Source: Candidatus Parcubacteria bacterium (GTDB lineage: Bacteria; Patescibacteriota; Patescibacteriia; UBA1558; GWA2-36-10). From it: a stretch of DNA of 64,000 nucleotides. Within the stretch, counting starts at the first letter, position 1. Each line of letters opens with the position of its first letter. A model generated the notes under the pieces. It worked only from the letters and a program-made list of their open reading frames with translations, was not told the DNA's origin and made no database searches. Location: assembly GCA_018669975.1 (NCBI GenBank), contig JABHSK010000002.1:5535-69534 (forward strand), written 5' to 3'. The translations under genes were made by a program, and so were the position numbers. Positions 48,254 through 57,599 of this stretch are shown one piece after another.

Positions 48254-48439
48254 ATGCCACAATTACCTGAAAATACAACCCAAGGCGATCCCTGCACTAT
48301 CGAAGGCTGCCAAGGCAAGCTCAAAATAGGCTTTTCATGAGGTCACTACTATCTGGAGTGCAGTCTGCATCCCAACCAACATTACCGCCGTATATCCGAA
48401 GAAGAGCGTGAAACAATGCTAGCAAAAAAGAGTGGTTAA
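48254..48439 (+). pseudogene. GC-rich 61-codon zinc-ribbon-like ORF interrupted by one in-frame TGA (codon 29)
   Basis: AGGAGA SD; MPQLPENTTQGDPCTIEGCQGKLKIGFS-TGA-GHYYLECSLHPNQHYRRISEEERETMLAKKSG; C/C/C/H ligands span the TGA; strong terminator downstream. Confidence 0.3.
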
Positions 48440-48458
48440 AACCACCCCACATTATCCT

Positions 48459-48482
48459 GGGAAGCTCATGCTTCCCTTTTTT
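48459..48482 (+). terminator. rho-independent terminator
   Basis: gggaagc-tcat-gcttccc followed by TTTTTT. Confidence 0.6.
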
Positions 48483-48912
48483 ATTTACTTACTTCCTTTG
48501 AGCGACTAAAAATCAACTCATAGTATAAAATCCAAATCACTGCTAAAGAAATATATATATCTGCTAAATTAAAAACTGTAAAAAACGGCACATTGATAAA
48601 ATCCACCACTCCTTGGTAATAAAAACGATCCAATAGATTACTAAAAGCACCTACAATCAATAATCCCCAGGGCCAAATCAAAATAGACTTCTTACTCAGA
48701 CTCTTGAGCCAAAAATAAATCAGGATAAACAATGCTATAATCACCAACGGATATAAAATTACTGTTGGCAGGGGTATAGAAAAAGCAATATTTGGATTTA
48801 TATGTAAATCAATAAAACCCCCGTCATTATCAAGGGTTTTTTTGACTGCATAAATTTTAGCTAGCCTATCTACTATAAATAAAAATATAACACTAGCAAA
48901 ATATTTGATCAT
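48481..48912 (-). CDS. lspA: lipoprotein signal peptidase II
   Basis: GAFSNLLDRFYYQGVVDFINVPFFTVFNLADIYISLAV signature. Confidence 0.8.
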   Translation of the reverse strand: MIKYFASVIFLFIVDRLAKIYAVKKTLDNDGGFIDLHINPNIAFSIPLPTVILYPLVIIALFILIYFWLKSLSKKSILIWPWGLLIVGAFSNLLDRFYYQGVVDFINVPFFTVFNLADIYISLAVIWILYYELIFSRSKEVSK

Positions 48913-49295
48913 TATAAAGATTTTTTCTTACAATCCATACATGAGGTAGCTGAAGGAAAAGCCTCTAACCTCTCTGGAGTGATTGGCTTGTCACATTTCT
49001 CACAAAGTCCATAATTACCCTCATCTATCTTTTTAATAGCTTTGTTGACATTATATAAAGATACTTCCAAAGTCTTCTCTAAAGACAGGTTCTTCTCAAA
49101 GGTAGCTACCTCAGCAGCATTCTCATCATCCTTATCACCATAATCAACGAACTTAGCATTGTAGTCATTATCAGCTACTTGAACAGTGTCAGCTTTTAAT
49201 TCACGCAAAATTTCCTGACGACGTTTAGTCAGTTCAGCTTTCCTAGTCTCTATGAATTTAGCTGTTAATTTAGGACTTTTATCTTTTTTCAACAT
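48912..49295 (-). CDS. DksA/TraR-family C4 zinc-finger protein (start revised to internal ATG)
   Basis: CEKCDKPI...CMDCKK CxxC-x17-CxxC at C-terminus, coiled-coil N-terminal part; the upstream GTG of the ORF-track ORF overlaps a terminator-like hairpin. Confidence 0.55.
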   Translation of the reverse strand: MLKKDKSPKLTAKFIETRKAELTKRRQEILRELKADTVQVADNDYNAKFVDYGDKDDENAAEVATFEKNLSLEKTLEVSLYNVNKAIKKIDEGNYGLCEKCDKPITPERLEAFPSATSCMDCKKKSL

Positions 49296-49374
49296 AAGAT
49301 TATCTTTACTTTTGAAATAATAATACTTTAGTATATTAGCAGATACACCTTTAAAAATCAAGGTAAAATAAAAA

Positions 49375-49439
49375 GGCACACTTCCGTTGCCCGCATGGTA
49401 AATTTATGGCTGGTTAGTGTGCCTCTGGTATCGGCACAG
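49375..49439 (-). promoter_or_regulatory. leader element with mutually exclusive hairpins (terminator-like ggcacact..agtgtgcc + U-run versus gtgcc..ggcac) upstream of dksA-like/lspA
   Basis: shared GGCAC segment can pair in either direction; a 12-codon uORF (MRATEVCLFILP) lies within it. Confidence 0.3.
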
Positions 49440-49738
49440 AAACTTTAATTCAATTAAAGGTACTTTTTGTAAGTGAAAATTGATGTTTAAGATCTTCTAT
49501 GCTGATATTTAATTACTCGTCCCTGACTCAGAGTTATAGCCATTTTACCAATCTATAGATTGATCTCTTCACACTAGGTGAAAGGATAATCTTTTTTACT
49601 GTTTTTTTGTTTTTGTTTTGGAGAATAGTCAGGTTATTCCAAGGTTTGTATTTAGAACAGTAAAATGGAAAGAGTTGAGCACTAAAATCTTAATGCACAA
49701 TTCCTTAAAGTTTTAATGAGCTTCTTATCAACATACTA

Positions 49739-49767
49739 AGTATATCATAGATAGACCTTTATGTCAA
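49739..49767 (-). promoter_or_regulatory. strong sigma70-like promoter TTGACA-17-TATACT (minus strand)
   Basis: consensus hexamers; transcription would start near 49731, about 435 nt upstream of the dksA-like ATG. Confidence 0.45.
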
Positions 49768-49884
49768 CGTGATATTTAAGCTAATATTAGATAAAAAACG
49801 ACCCTATAGAAGAATCATTTGACAAAACAAGTAAAAATAATCAGAAGATACCAACAAGTTATCCACAGTGTGTATATAACTATC

Positions 49885-51234
49885 TTAAAAACACAACTGC
49901 AATCCCTCAACTGTAGAATTTTGGTAGGAAAATATATCTAGTGTACCTATATTCTTAGTTTCTAAGTAATCCCGCAAGCTGCTAGCTGGCACCTGATCAA
50001 CCTCTAGGCTTATAAAATCACCTATCTCATAGCTAGAGTCTGACAAACAATCCCCAAAAACTGAGCTAAGTGGCCTATTATTGTTAATTATCCCCTCCAA
50101 CAAGAAAGCCTCATTACTTAAATAATACATATTATCAAGGCTAATACCGTATAAGCCGTCAATTTGCCAGTATTTTAACTGGGAAAATTCATGCTCTAGC
50201 ACTGGTTGTTCTTCACCAGCTAATAATTCTATATAAGTGGTGCCATCTGGTAATAGCTTGGAAACCTCTTGTAGCTCAAAATCATGGGCTAAATCTATAG
50301 CCAAACCCTGCCAATCATCCTTACCTACTAACAACCAGCCAGCTCCATCTTGAATTAAAATACTATCTGATAAAATATAGTTGTTTATCTCCTCTTGGTT
50401 TAGATTGTAATATGGCAATGCATTATAAAGTTGTAAAATAATGTCTCTACTAATAAAATTGGTTGCAAACTCTGTTGAACTAGCTTGAAAACCAGCCATT
50501 AAGTCAAAATCTGCTAGTAATCTAGCCCCTGACAAAGGATGTGGCTTGTGAGAACCACCCTCTAGCCTAGTTTGATATAGATTCAACCTAACATGCCCCT
50601 TTGTTGTCTGTAAATTAATAAAAATATCCCTAGCTAGTAACTGTTCTGGTAACAAATTATCCCAACTGGACAAAAATTCTGGCTTTGACCCTGGAAACCA
50701 GTATATATTTAGACCTTGATCGATATAATTAACTGTAAAGCGTTTAACTATTAACTCTGGTAGACTCTGTCCAAGTGCATCTGACTCTGAAATTAACAAA
50801 ATGTCCCGACTGGGTTGGAAATAAAAATAATCCGGATTAGAATTTTGCAAACTATCCAAAAATTTACCTGGTAAACTAGAAAATCTCACCAAATAATGAT
50901 TAACATCCTGCGCAGACTCTGTCCGAAACCAAATTACCTCCTTTAGATTGGAGAAATCTTTCCCTAATATACCCTGCAGGGTCTCTAGATGCTCCTGTGG
51001 TACACTAGTATCGAAAAACCTAGTATTATCAGCCTCATTTTGTAATAAAACCTTTTGATTAGTCCACTGAAAATAGAAAGTAGTGTCCTGGGGAAGAAAA
51101 TCACGCGCATAAACATTAGATTGTGGCGCTAAAAATCTCACCAAAAACAACAAGATAGCCAAAACTAGCAGAGCTATGACTATCTTGAAATCAAACTTCT
51201 TTTCTTTCTTTTTAACAAGCTTAAGAAAGTTCAC
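49885..51234 (-). CDS. hypothetical bitopic membrane protein
   Basis: 449 aa; N-terminal TM (VIALLVLAILLFLVRF); no motifs recognised; 9 bp downstream of pnp. Confidence 0.5.
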   Translation of the reverse strand: MNFLKLVKKKEKKFDFKIVIALLVLAILLFLVRFLAPQSNVYARDFLPQDTTFYFQWTNQKVLLQNEADNTRFFDTSVPQEHLETLQGILGKDFSNLKEVIWFRTESAQDVNHYLVRFSSLPGKFLDSLQNSNPDYFYFQPSRDILLISESDALGQSLPELIVKRFTVNYIDQGLNIYWFPGSKPEFLSSWDNLLPEQLLARDIFINLQTTKGHVRLNLYQTRLEGGSHKPHPLSGARLLADFDLMAGFQASSTEFATNFISRDIILQLYNALPYYNLNQEEINNYILSDSILIQDGAGWLLVGKDDWQGLAIDLAHDFELQEVSKLLPDGTTYIELLAGEEQPVLEHEFSQLKYWQIDGLYGISLDNMYYLSNEAFLLEGIINNNRPLSSVFGDCLSDSSYEIGDFISLEVDQVPASSLRDYLETKNIGTLDIFSYQNSTVEGLQLCF

Positions 51235-51243
51235 TGTTGTAAT

Positions 51244-53463
51244 TTATTTAGAATCTTTTTTAAAAAATCTAGGTTTTCCTGGCGCTGGACGTCCTTTGTC
51301 TTCACGTCCTTTGTCAGAAAAAGCAGGTTTCGGCAACAATTCTTTCATGGACAAGCTAACACGATTTCTTTCCTTGTCTACTTCCATAACCTTAACCTTA
51401 ACCATATCGCCAACATTAAGAACATCGCTAACTTTTTCAATTCTTTTGTGAGCAATCTGAGAAATGTGAACCATACCATCTTTACCTGGTATTAATTCTA
51501 CGATAGCACCTAATTCAGAACCATTGTCACGTCCCTTGATGATATTTAAAACTTTACCTTCATATATTTCACCAACCTCGATATCCTTGACGATGTTTTC
51601 AATCCATTTTTTAGCTTTAGCTGAACCCTCGCCATCAGTTGAGGTAATCATGACTACACCATCCTGTTCAATATCAATATTTACATTACAGGCAGCGATA
51701 ATTTCGTTAATAATCTTACCACCTGGCCCAATAACGTCTCTAATTTTATCTGGATCAATATTCATGGAAGTGATACGTGGTGCATACGGAGACATCTCGG
51801 AGCGTGGCTCAGCAATAGTCTTCTTCATAACATCCAGAATCTTAACTCTAGCATCTTTAGCTTTATCCAAAGTCTCTTTAACTACATCGTAAGATATGCC
51901 ATCTAATTTTATATCCAATTGAATGGCTGTGATACCATCTCTAGTACCAGCTATTTTGAAATCCATATGACCCGCATGATCTTCAATGCCTTGAATGTCA
52001 GTCAAAATCTCATAATTACTTGCATTGTCATCATCAACTACCAATCCCATAGCTATTCCAGCTACTGGCGCCTTAATTGGCACACCAGCGTCCATTAAAG
52101 ATAGTGTAGAGCCACAAATTGAAGCCTGTGAAGATGAGCCATTTGAACCCATAACCTCAGAAACTACACGAACAGTGTATGGAAAATCTTCATTTTTTGG
52201 TAAAACAGCTATTAAAGCTTTTTCAGCCAAAGCGCCATGACCAATATCACGCCTACTTGGACCTCTGAGTGGTTTTACTTCACCAACACAGTATCCTGGA
52301 AAGTTATAATGGTGCATATATTTTTTAGTACCATCTTCTTCCATAGTATCTAATGTTTGCTCATCACCAGGAGAACCTAAAGTCACTACAGACAAAACTT
52401 GTGTTTCACCACGAGAAAATAGACCACTACCATGGGTACGTGGCAATAGAGACACGTCGGCCTCCAAATTTCTTATTTCATCAAGCTTCCTATTGTCAGG
52501 ACGCTTCTTTTTATCTAATACCAAACCCTTAAAGGCTTTAACTAGGGCATCATCTATCATAGACACTCCCATAGATCTCATATCTTTAGATACTTCACTG
52601 TCTTCTTTTAAAACTTCGTTAACTTTATCAGTCAAATCATTAATAGCCTGTTTCATTTTTGATTTATCTGGATTAAAGCAGCTAACTACGTCATTCTTAG
52701 CTAAAACTTCATTTACTTTAGTTATAACCTTAGAGCGCACTTCTTCTTTGTCTTTATCCACTTCTGTTACTATTTTTTCTTGGCCTTCTTTCTTTACGAT
52801 ATCCTCAACAAAAGGCATAATCTTTTTAATATGCTTACCAGCAAATTCAATTGCTTCATACATATCATTTTCTTTGACCTCTTGAGCTCCAGCCTCAATC
52901 ATAATAACTTGATCAGCTGAACCGGCAACAAATAAATCTAGGTCGCTCTTCTGCTTAGCTTCAACACTTGGATTTAAAACCCATTCATTGTCAACTCTAC
53001 CTAAATTAACACCGGCCAAAGGACCTCTCCAGGGTATTTTAGAAATACCCAAAGATATAGAGGTAGCCATCATGGCAGGAAAAGTTGGATCATTGATACC
53101 ATCATATGATAAAACAGTGACCACAACTTGCACATCATTACGTTCTGACTCTTTAAATAAAGGTCTAATAGAACGATCAATCATACGAGCTGTTAACATA
53201 GCCTCATCTGTAGCCCTACCCTCACGTTTAATAAAACGTGAACCTTTAATTTTTCCAGCTGCGTAAAGCTTTTCTTCATAATCAACCATTAGTGGGAAAT
53301 AATCTATCCCCTCACGTGGTTGGCTAGCTGTTGTAGCTGTTGCTAATACGACTGTTTCGCCATAACTAACAGTACAAGCTCCATGAGCCTGCTTAGCTAA
53401 TCGCCCGATCTCAACTTTAAGTTCTTTTCCGGCGACTTCTGTAGAAAATTGTTTAACTGACAT
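51244..53463 (-). CDS. pnp: polynucleotide phosphorylase
   Basis: two RNase PH domains, KH and S1 domains, length 739 aa. Confidence 0.95.
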   Translation of the reverse strand: MSVKQFSTEVAGKELKVEIGRLAKQAHGACTVSYGETVVLATATTASQPREGIDYFPLMVDYEEKLYAAGKIKGSRFIKREGRATDEAMLTARMIDRSIRPLFKESERNDVQVVVTVLSYDGINDPTFPAMMATSISLGISKIPWRGPLAGVNLGRVDNEWVLNPSVEAKQKSDLDLFVAGSADQVIMIEAGAQEVKENDMYEAIEFAGKHIKKIMPFVEDIVKKEGQEKIVTEVDKDKEEVRSKVITKVNEVLAKNDVVSCFNPDKSKMKQAINDLTDKVNEVLKEDSEVSKDMRSMGVSMIDDALVKAFKGLVLDKKKRPDNRKLDEIRNLEADVSLLPRTHGSGLFSRGETQVLSVVTLGSPGDEQTLDTMEEDGTKKYMHHYNFPGYCVGEVKPLRGPSRRDIGHGALAEKALIAVLPKNEDFPYTVRVVSEVMGSNGSSSQASICGSTLSLMDAGVPIKAPVAGIAMGLVVDDDNASNYEILTDIQGIEDHAGHMDFKIAGTRDGITAIQLDIKLDGISYDVVKETLDKAKDARVKILDVMKKTIAEPRSEMSPYAPRITSMNIDPDKIRDVIGPGGKIINEIIAACNVNIDIEQDGVVMITSTDGEGSAKAKKWIENIVKDIEVGEIYEGKVLNIIKGRDNGSELGAIVELIPGKDGMVHISQIAHKRIEKVSDVLNVGDMVKVKVMEVDKERNRVSLSMKELLPKPAFSDKGREDKGRPAPGKPRFFKKDSK

Positions 53464-53617
53464 ATATCAGTTCCTTTCAAAACACTGATGTAGAGTTGAT
53501 ATGGCAAACTCCAAGATATTGAAATAATATCCTAAAACTTACCTACCAACTTTCAAACAGTATTATTAATAATATTAAATTGTAAAACCCTGATCTAAAC
53601 AGAACAGGGTTTATATC

Positions 53618-53974
53618 TTACTTTTTTACTTCTTCTTTTTTTTCTTCTTTATCCTCAGGTGTAGGAACGACAATTAAGCGCTCTTCTTCTTCAAGTCTAA
53701 CTTTTTTACTCATCTTTAATTTCAAAGCCTTTACTAACTTGATAAATCTCTTCTCGTCTTCCCTCTCTAAGTAACGTAGTAATCTGTGTCTGAGAGAAAC
53801 CTTAGCTAACAAACCACGACGTGAAGAAAAATCCTTCTTATTTTCACGCAAATGCTTAGTCAACTCTTTAATCTCTTCAGTTAAGATAGCAACCTGCACC
53901 TCAGCTGAACCAGTATCACTCTTATGAGTTTTAAATTTCTCAATAACTCGTTGTTTCTTTTTTTTGTCTAACAT
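53618..53974 (-). CDS. rpsO: 30S ribosomal protein S15 with ~30-aa Glu/Lys-rich C-terminal extension
   Basis: KFKTHKSDTGSAEVQVAILTEEIKELTKHLRENKKDFSSRRGLL is the S15 core; start taken at internal Met14 by alignment with S15 N-termini. Confidence 0.85.
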   Translation of the reverse strand: MLDKKKKQRVIEKFKTHKSDTGSAEVQVAILTEEIKELTKHLRENKKDFSSRRGLLAKVSLRHRLLRYLEREDEKRFIKLVKALKLKMSKKVRLEEEERLIVVPTPEDKEEKKEEVKK

Positions 53975-54117
53975 AGTTTTTTCCCTTTTTCCTAAACCCG
54001 AGCTTAACCTCAAAGCTAGACTTTGTTGGTCAGGTTAAACCAAGAATTAGGTAAATTATTTTATTAAATACAGCATTACACTAACATTTTCAGCATAAAA
54101 AGTCAAGTATTGCTAAG

Positions 54118-55083
54118 TTATTCGTTCATTTCCCAAACTATACCATCATTTTGGTGATGAGTAGCCCAGGAAAACCACATTTCATAGTAACCAGGCACTT
54201 TTTGCCCATTGTTTATAACTACTATCTCATCTCCATCACGTTGAGCACTAACACTATAACCATTGAGATTGAGTGTCTCTACTCCATTTTCCTGTAAACC
54301 TTCTTGCGGAAAAGATATGTACTGATCATCCAAAGAAAAAGAATACATCACCTCTTTTGCTGAAAAACGATTATCTGACACTGAAACTGGAAAATACAAA
54401 TTATCTGAAGACTCATAATTATCATATGGATAAAAAGAATAATCCCGACTATGGCCTGTATCCTGACTAAGCACTAGAGCGTCATTGTGCTTTTGTTTTA
54501 ATTCAAGAAAAGATATCAATTGCATATCCAGGACTTGTAATTTACTACCCACATAATCCCCTACCACAGCCTCACCCCTAGCTTGTGACCACAAAGATTC
54601 TGTCTGCCTATCGTACATTAATAAATTTGATTCATATAAATATCCTGATACACCGAAATCTAATATCTGTCCACCAACATTTCTATCAATCACTATAGCT
54701 GAACCACATAAGGGACAAAAAGTAACCGCAAAATCATTATCTCCGATACTATCGTTTACTATCTCATGCCAAACCATAATATTGTAAGGATAATATCTTT
54801 TTTCACCATCCATATTTACCAGGACACCAAAAGCTTTATCTTTTAAACTTGCTCCCTCTATGCTAGTAAATTTTGGATTAGACAATGCTGGAATATCATC
54901 CTTGCCAGGACCACCAGATAATATCAAATCTATATCTATAGATGTTTTAGTGGTATCCGTGTCAAAGCCTGGTAATTTTTTACCAGCTATCTTATCAATC
55001 ACCTCTTCAGGACTATTGCTAAAAAATATAATTAAAGCAACCACTAAAAATATGCCTAATATCAAAAAATTTTTATTTCCCAT
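54118..55083 (-). CDS. DUF3179-family exported protein (thiol-redox associated)
   Basis: signal anchor; FCPLCGSAIV...LWSQ block typical of DUF3179; adjacent to the CcdA-thioredoxin gene. Confidence 0.5.
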   Translation of the reverse strand: MGNKNFLILGIFLVVALIIFFSNSPEEVIDKIAGKKLPGFDTDTTKTSIDIDLILSGGPGKDDIPALSNPKFTSIEGASLKDKAFGVLVNMDGEKRYYPYNIMVWHEIVNDSIGDNDFAVTFCPLCGSAIVIDRNVGGQILDFGVSGYLYESNLLMYDRQTESLWSQARGEAVVGDYVGSKLQVLDMQLISFLELKQKHNDALVLSQDTGHSRDYSFYPYDNYESSDNLYFPVSVSDNRFSAKEVMYSFSLDDQYISFPQEGLQENGVETLNLNGYSVSAQRDGDEIVVINNGQKVPGYYEMWFSWATHHQNDGIVWEMNE

Positions 55084-55100
55084 ATAATTTATATATTTTA

Positions 55101-56771
55101 TTAGCTACCAAAAGTGAAGGCGTATAATTCTACACCCTCTGGAACTATTAATTCCAATACACCGCCCTCAATAAATGAATCGTGGCGGACAATATCATAA
55201 AGTTTAAATTCATCAACAGCAATGGGGCTCAAAACATCTGTTTGCCTTTGCTCATCTATAAAAGCCCTCACTTCCTTGCTCTCTGAAGAGCCCATAACCA
55301 AAAATACATCCTTACCATTAAATTTTATCTGCAAACGTGATTGATCACTTTCAGAAATCAACCTTTTTTCTTCCATGCGCCACTGCCCATCTATTGTCCA
55401 TTGATTGTTAGACAACTTAGATGATTTCCTATAATTGTGACTACTATCCTTAACTAGTTCTTTATGATTATTAAAGTTGGCTAAACGCCAATAGCCCAAA
55501 TACGTCTCTGGACTTTGCATTATATTATAAGAGCCACCACTCACCTCTGAAATAGCTTCTTCTGGCATATCACCACCTTCAGCCAAAAGCTGTCTAATGA
55601 CTTCCTCACTTTCTTGATAGGCACCTTCACCAAAATGAGTGTGCCTTATATTTCCCTCTCTGTCTATAAAATATTTAGCAGGCCAATATCTATTTTGATA
55701 GGCAACCCATGTAGCAAAATCATTATCTAAAGCTATCGGATATTCTAATTCGAAATCTTCAACCGCCTTTTGAACATTGCTAAGCTTTTTTTCAAAAGCA
55801 AACTCCGGAGAGTGCATACCAATAATAACTAAGCCATCATCACTATACTTTTGATGCCAGTCCTTAATATAAGGCAAAGTACGAATACAATTAATACAAG
55901 AATATGTCCAAAAATCTATCAATACCACCTTACCTTTTAAATCCGCTATAGTCTCACCCTCTGAATTTATCCAAGCAGTGATACCTTTAAATTCTGGCGC
56001 TGGACCGCCGTCAATGTTTAATTCTTCCCGTTTCTCATCTAAATACTCTATTGCCCCTTCTATTACCTCTCCTTGCTCAAAACCCTGTAAAAAAGTGGTC
56101 CAGCTAGCTGGAGTAATATCTATAATATAAGTCTGCACTTTTCGATCATAGCCAGTAACAATACCTAAAGCAGCAATTATTACCAAAACACCAAAAATCT
56201 TGTGAATGGTTCCTAGGTGAGCATAAAGTTTTCTAACTCTTTCTAAAACTCTACGGCTACCCAGTATAATCAATAACATAACTACACCTGTGCCTAAAGC
56301 ATAAGATAAAACTACTAAGAATGAACCTACGCCAGCCTGAGCAGTAGCAGCTAAAGTAATGACTGCCGCTAATATTGGTCCGGCGCATGGAGCCCATACC
56401 AAACCTAGGGTGGCTCCTGTGGCTAACCCTCCACCAAATCCTGTTTTCTGCCCTGTGTTCAACTGAGGTATCTTAACCAGGCTATTAATTTTTTCCTGTA
56501 GTCTAGGGAGTATCAATGTTAAGCCTAATAGGGCTAAAATTGCCGCTGCAATATATCGTAAAGTGTCTAAATCAATACCTAATGATTGTACTAAGAATGT
56601 AGCAAAAACAGTAAAGGTGGCAAAGCTTAGTACAAAACCCACCACAATACCATAAGGTCGACGTTTACCGCCAACTGCACCTGAAAGCATAATTGGCAAG
56701 ATAGGCAAAATGCACGGAGATAGCACAGTAACTACGCCGGACAGAAAGCCCATTGTGATTAAAATTAGCAT
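55101..56771 (-). CDS. CcdA/DsbD-like membrane domain fused to periplasmic TlpA/ResA-type thioredoxin domain
   Basis: SPCILPILP CcdA motif in TM1, second Cys motif APCAGP, thioredoxin fold WTYSCINCIRTLP (CxxC). Confidence 0.75.
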   Translation of the reverse strand: MLILITMGFLSGVVTVLSPCILPILPIMLSGAVGGKRRPYGIVVGFVLSFATFTVFATFLVQSLGIDLDTLRYIAAAILALLGLTLILPRLQEKINSLVKIPQLNTGQKTGFGGGLATGATLGLVWAPCAGPILAAVITLAATAQAGVGSFLVVLSYALGTGVVMLLIILGSRRVLERVRKLYAHLGTIHKIFGVLVIIAALGIVTGYDRKVQTYIIDITPASWTTFLQGFEQGEVIEGAIEYLDEKREELNIDGGPAPEFKGITAWINSEGETIADLKGKVVLIDFWTYSCINCIRTLPYIKDWHQKYSDDGLVIIGMHSPEFAFEKKLSNVQKAVEDFELEYPIALDNDFATWVAYQNRYWPAKYFIDREGNIRHTHFGEGAYQESEEVIRQLLAEGGDMPEEAISEVSGGSYNIMQSPETYLGYWRLANFNNHKELVKDSSHNYRKSSKLSNNQWTIDGQWRMEEKRLISESDQSRLQIKFNGKDVFLVMGSSESKEVRAFIDEQRQTDVLSPIAVDEFKLYDIVRHDSFIEGGVLELIVPEGVELYAFTFGS

Positions 56772-56788
56772 AACTTTATTTTAATTTT

Positions 56789-57250
56789 TTATTTGAGCTT
56801 TTTGAGTATTGCGCTGAGATCATTACTACCAGCCCACTTGGCTAGCTCATTACCCTGAGAATCAACCTGCACTAGTGTGTGTTGGTAAGTGATGCTATAT
56901 TTTTTTTTGAGTTCTTTTTCTTTGTCATAATTAACCTTCAAAATCGTTAGGTCATTTGGGAAATCACCCAACTCATCCTTTAAGTTCTCGTCCAAAACTC
57001 GACAAGTTGGACACCAACTAGCATGAAAAAATAACACGACATCTCCGCTGTCAGCCTGGGCTAGCAAAGCTGGTTCATAATCTACATATTGATTATTATC
57101 AACCTCCATACTTTTAAAATCTTCCCCTTGTTTATCATCAGTCATCGTAAGTGAATTTTCTACATCCACATCCGACTTAGCTTGATTATAGCCATAGGCA
57201 ACAACACCTATGACAATTACTACGACAATAAAAATATATATGTTTTTCAT
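56789..57250 (-). CDS. membrane-anchored thioredoxin-like protein
   Basis: FHASWCPTCRV CPxC active site; N-terminal TM. Confidence 0.7.
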   Translation of the reverse strand: MKNIYIFIVVVIVIGVVAYGYNQAKSDVDVENSLTMTDDKQGEDFKSMEVDNNQYVDYEPALLAQADSGDVVLFFHASWCPTCRVLDENLKDELGDFPNDLTILKVNYDKEKELKKKYSITYQHTLVQVDSQGNELAKWAGSNDLSAILKKLK

Positions 57251-57286
57251 AAATTTTTTATTAATAATTATTTTATTTTTTAAATT

Positions 57287-57517
57287 TTAAGCATCACGTC
57301 CTGTGCACGGTAGACAAAAAACTTTTTCTACTGGCGCCTCAAAAAAACTAGCCACCTTTAAAGCTGTACAAACTGAAGGGTCATAGTTACCCTTTTCTAT
57401 TGAAATAATAGTCTGGCGAGACACACCTACTGCTCGCGCCAATTCTTCCTGTGTCACGCTTTTTTTCTTCCTAAAGTCGTACACATGATTTAATACGCTA
57501 CCGTGTTTATGATTCAT
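57287..57517 (-). CDS. XRE-family helix-turn-helix transcriptional regulator
   Basis: VTQEELARAVGVSRQTIISIEKGNYDPS Cro/C1-type HTH. Confidence 0.8.
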   Translation of the reverse strand: MNHKHGSVLNHVYDFRKKKSVTQEELARAVGVSRQTIISIEKGNYDPSVCTALKVASFFEAPVEKVFCLPCTGRDA

Positions 57518-57599
57518 GTTTACATTATAGAACCTGGAAAAACTTATGTCAAGTTAACTTTACATTAAAATATGTGTCGTTTTATGTTAAAATAAAGAC

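Noticed and set aside
48079-48480. GC-rich patch as a housekeeping ncRNA (tmRNA, RNase P RNA, SRP RNA)
   Set aside because: No tmRNA tRNA-like end (GGUUCGA..CCA), no RNase P P4 (AGGAAAGUCCGG / ACAGAA) and no SRP domain IV motif are present. A small ORF with SD explains the region better.
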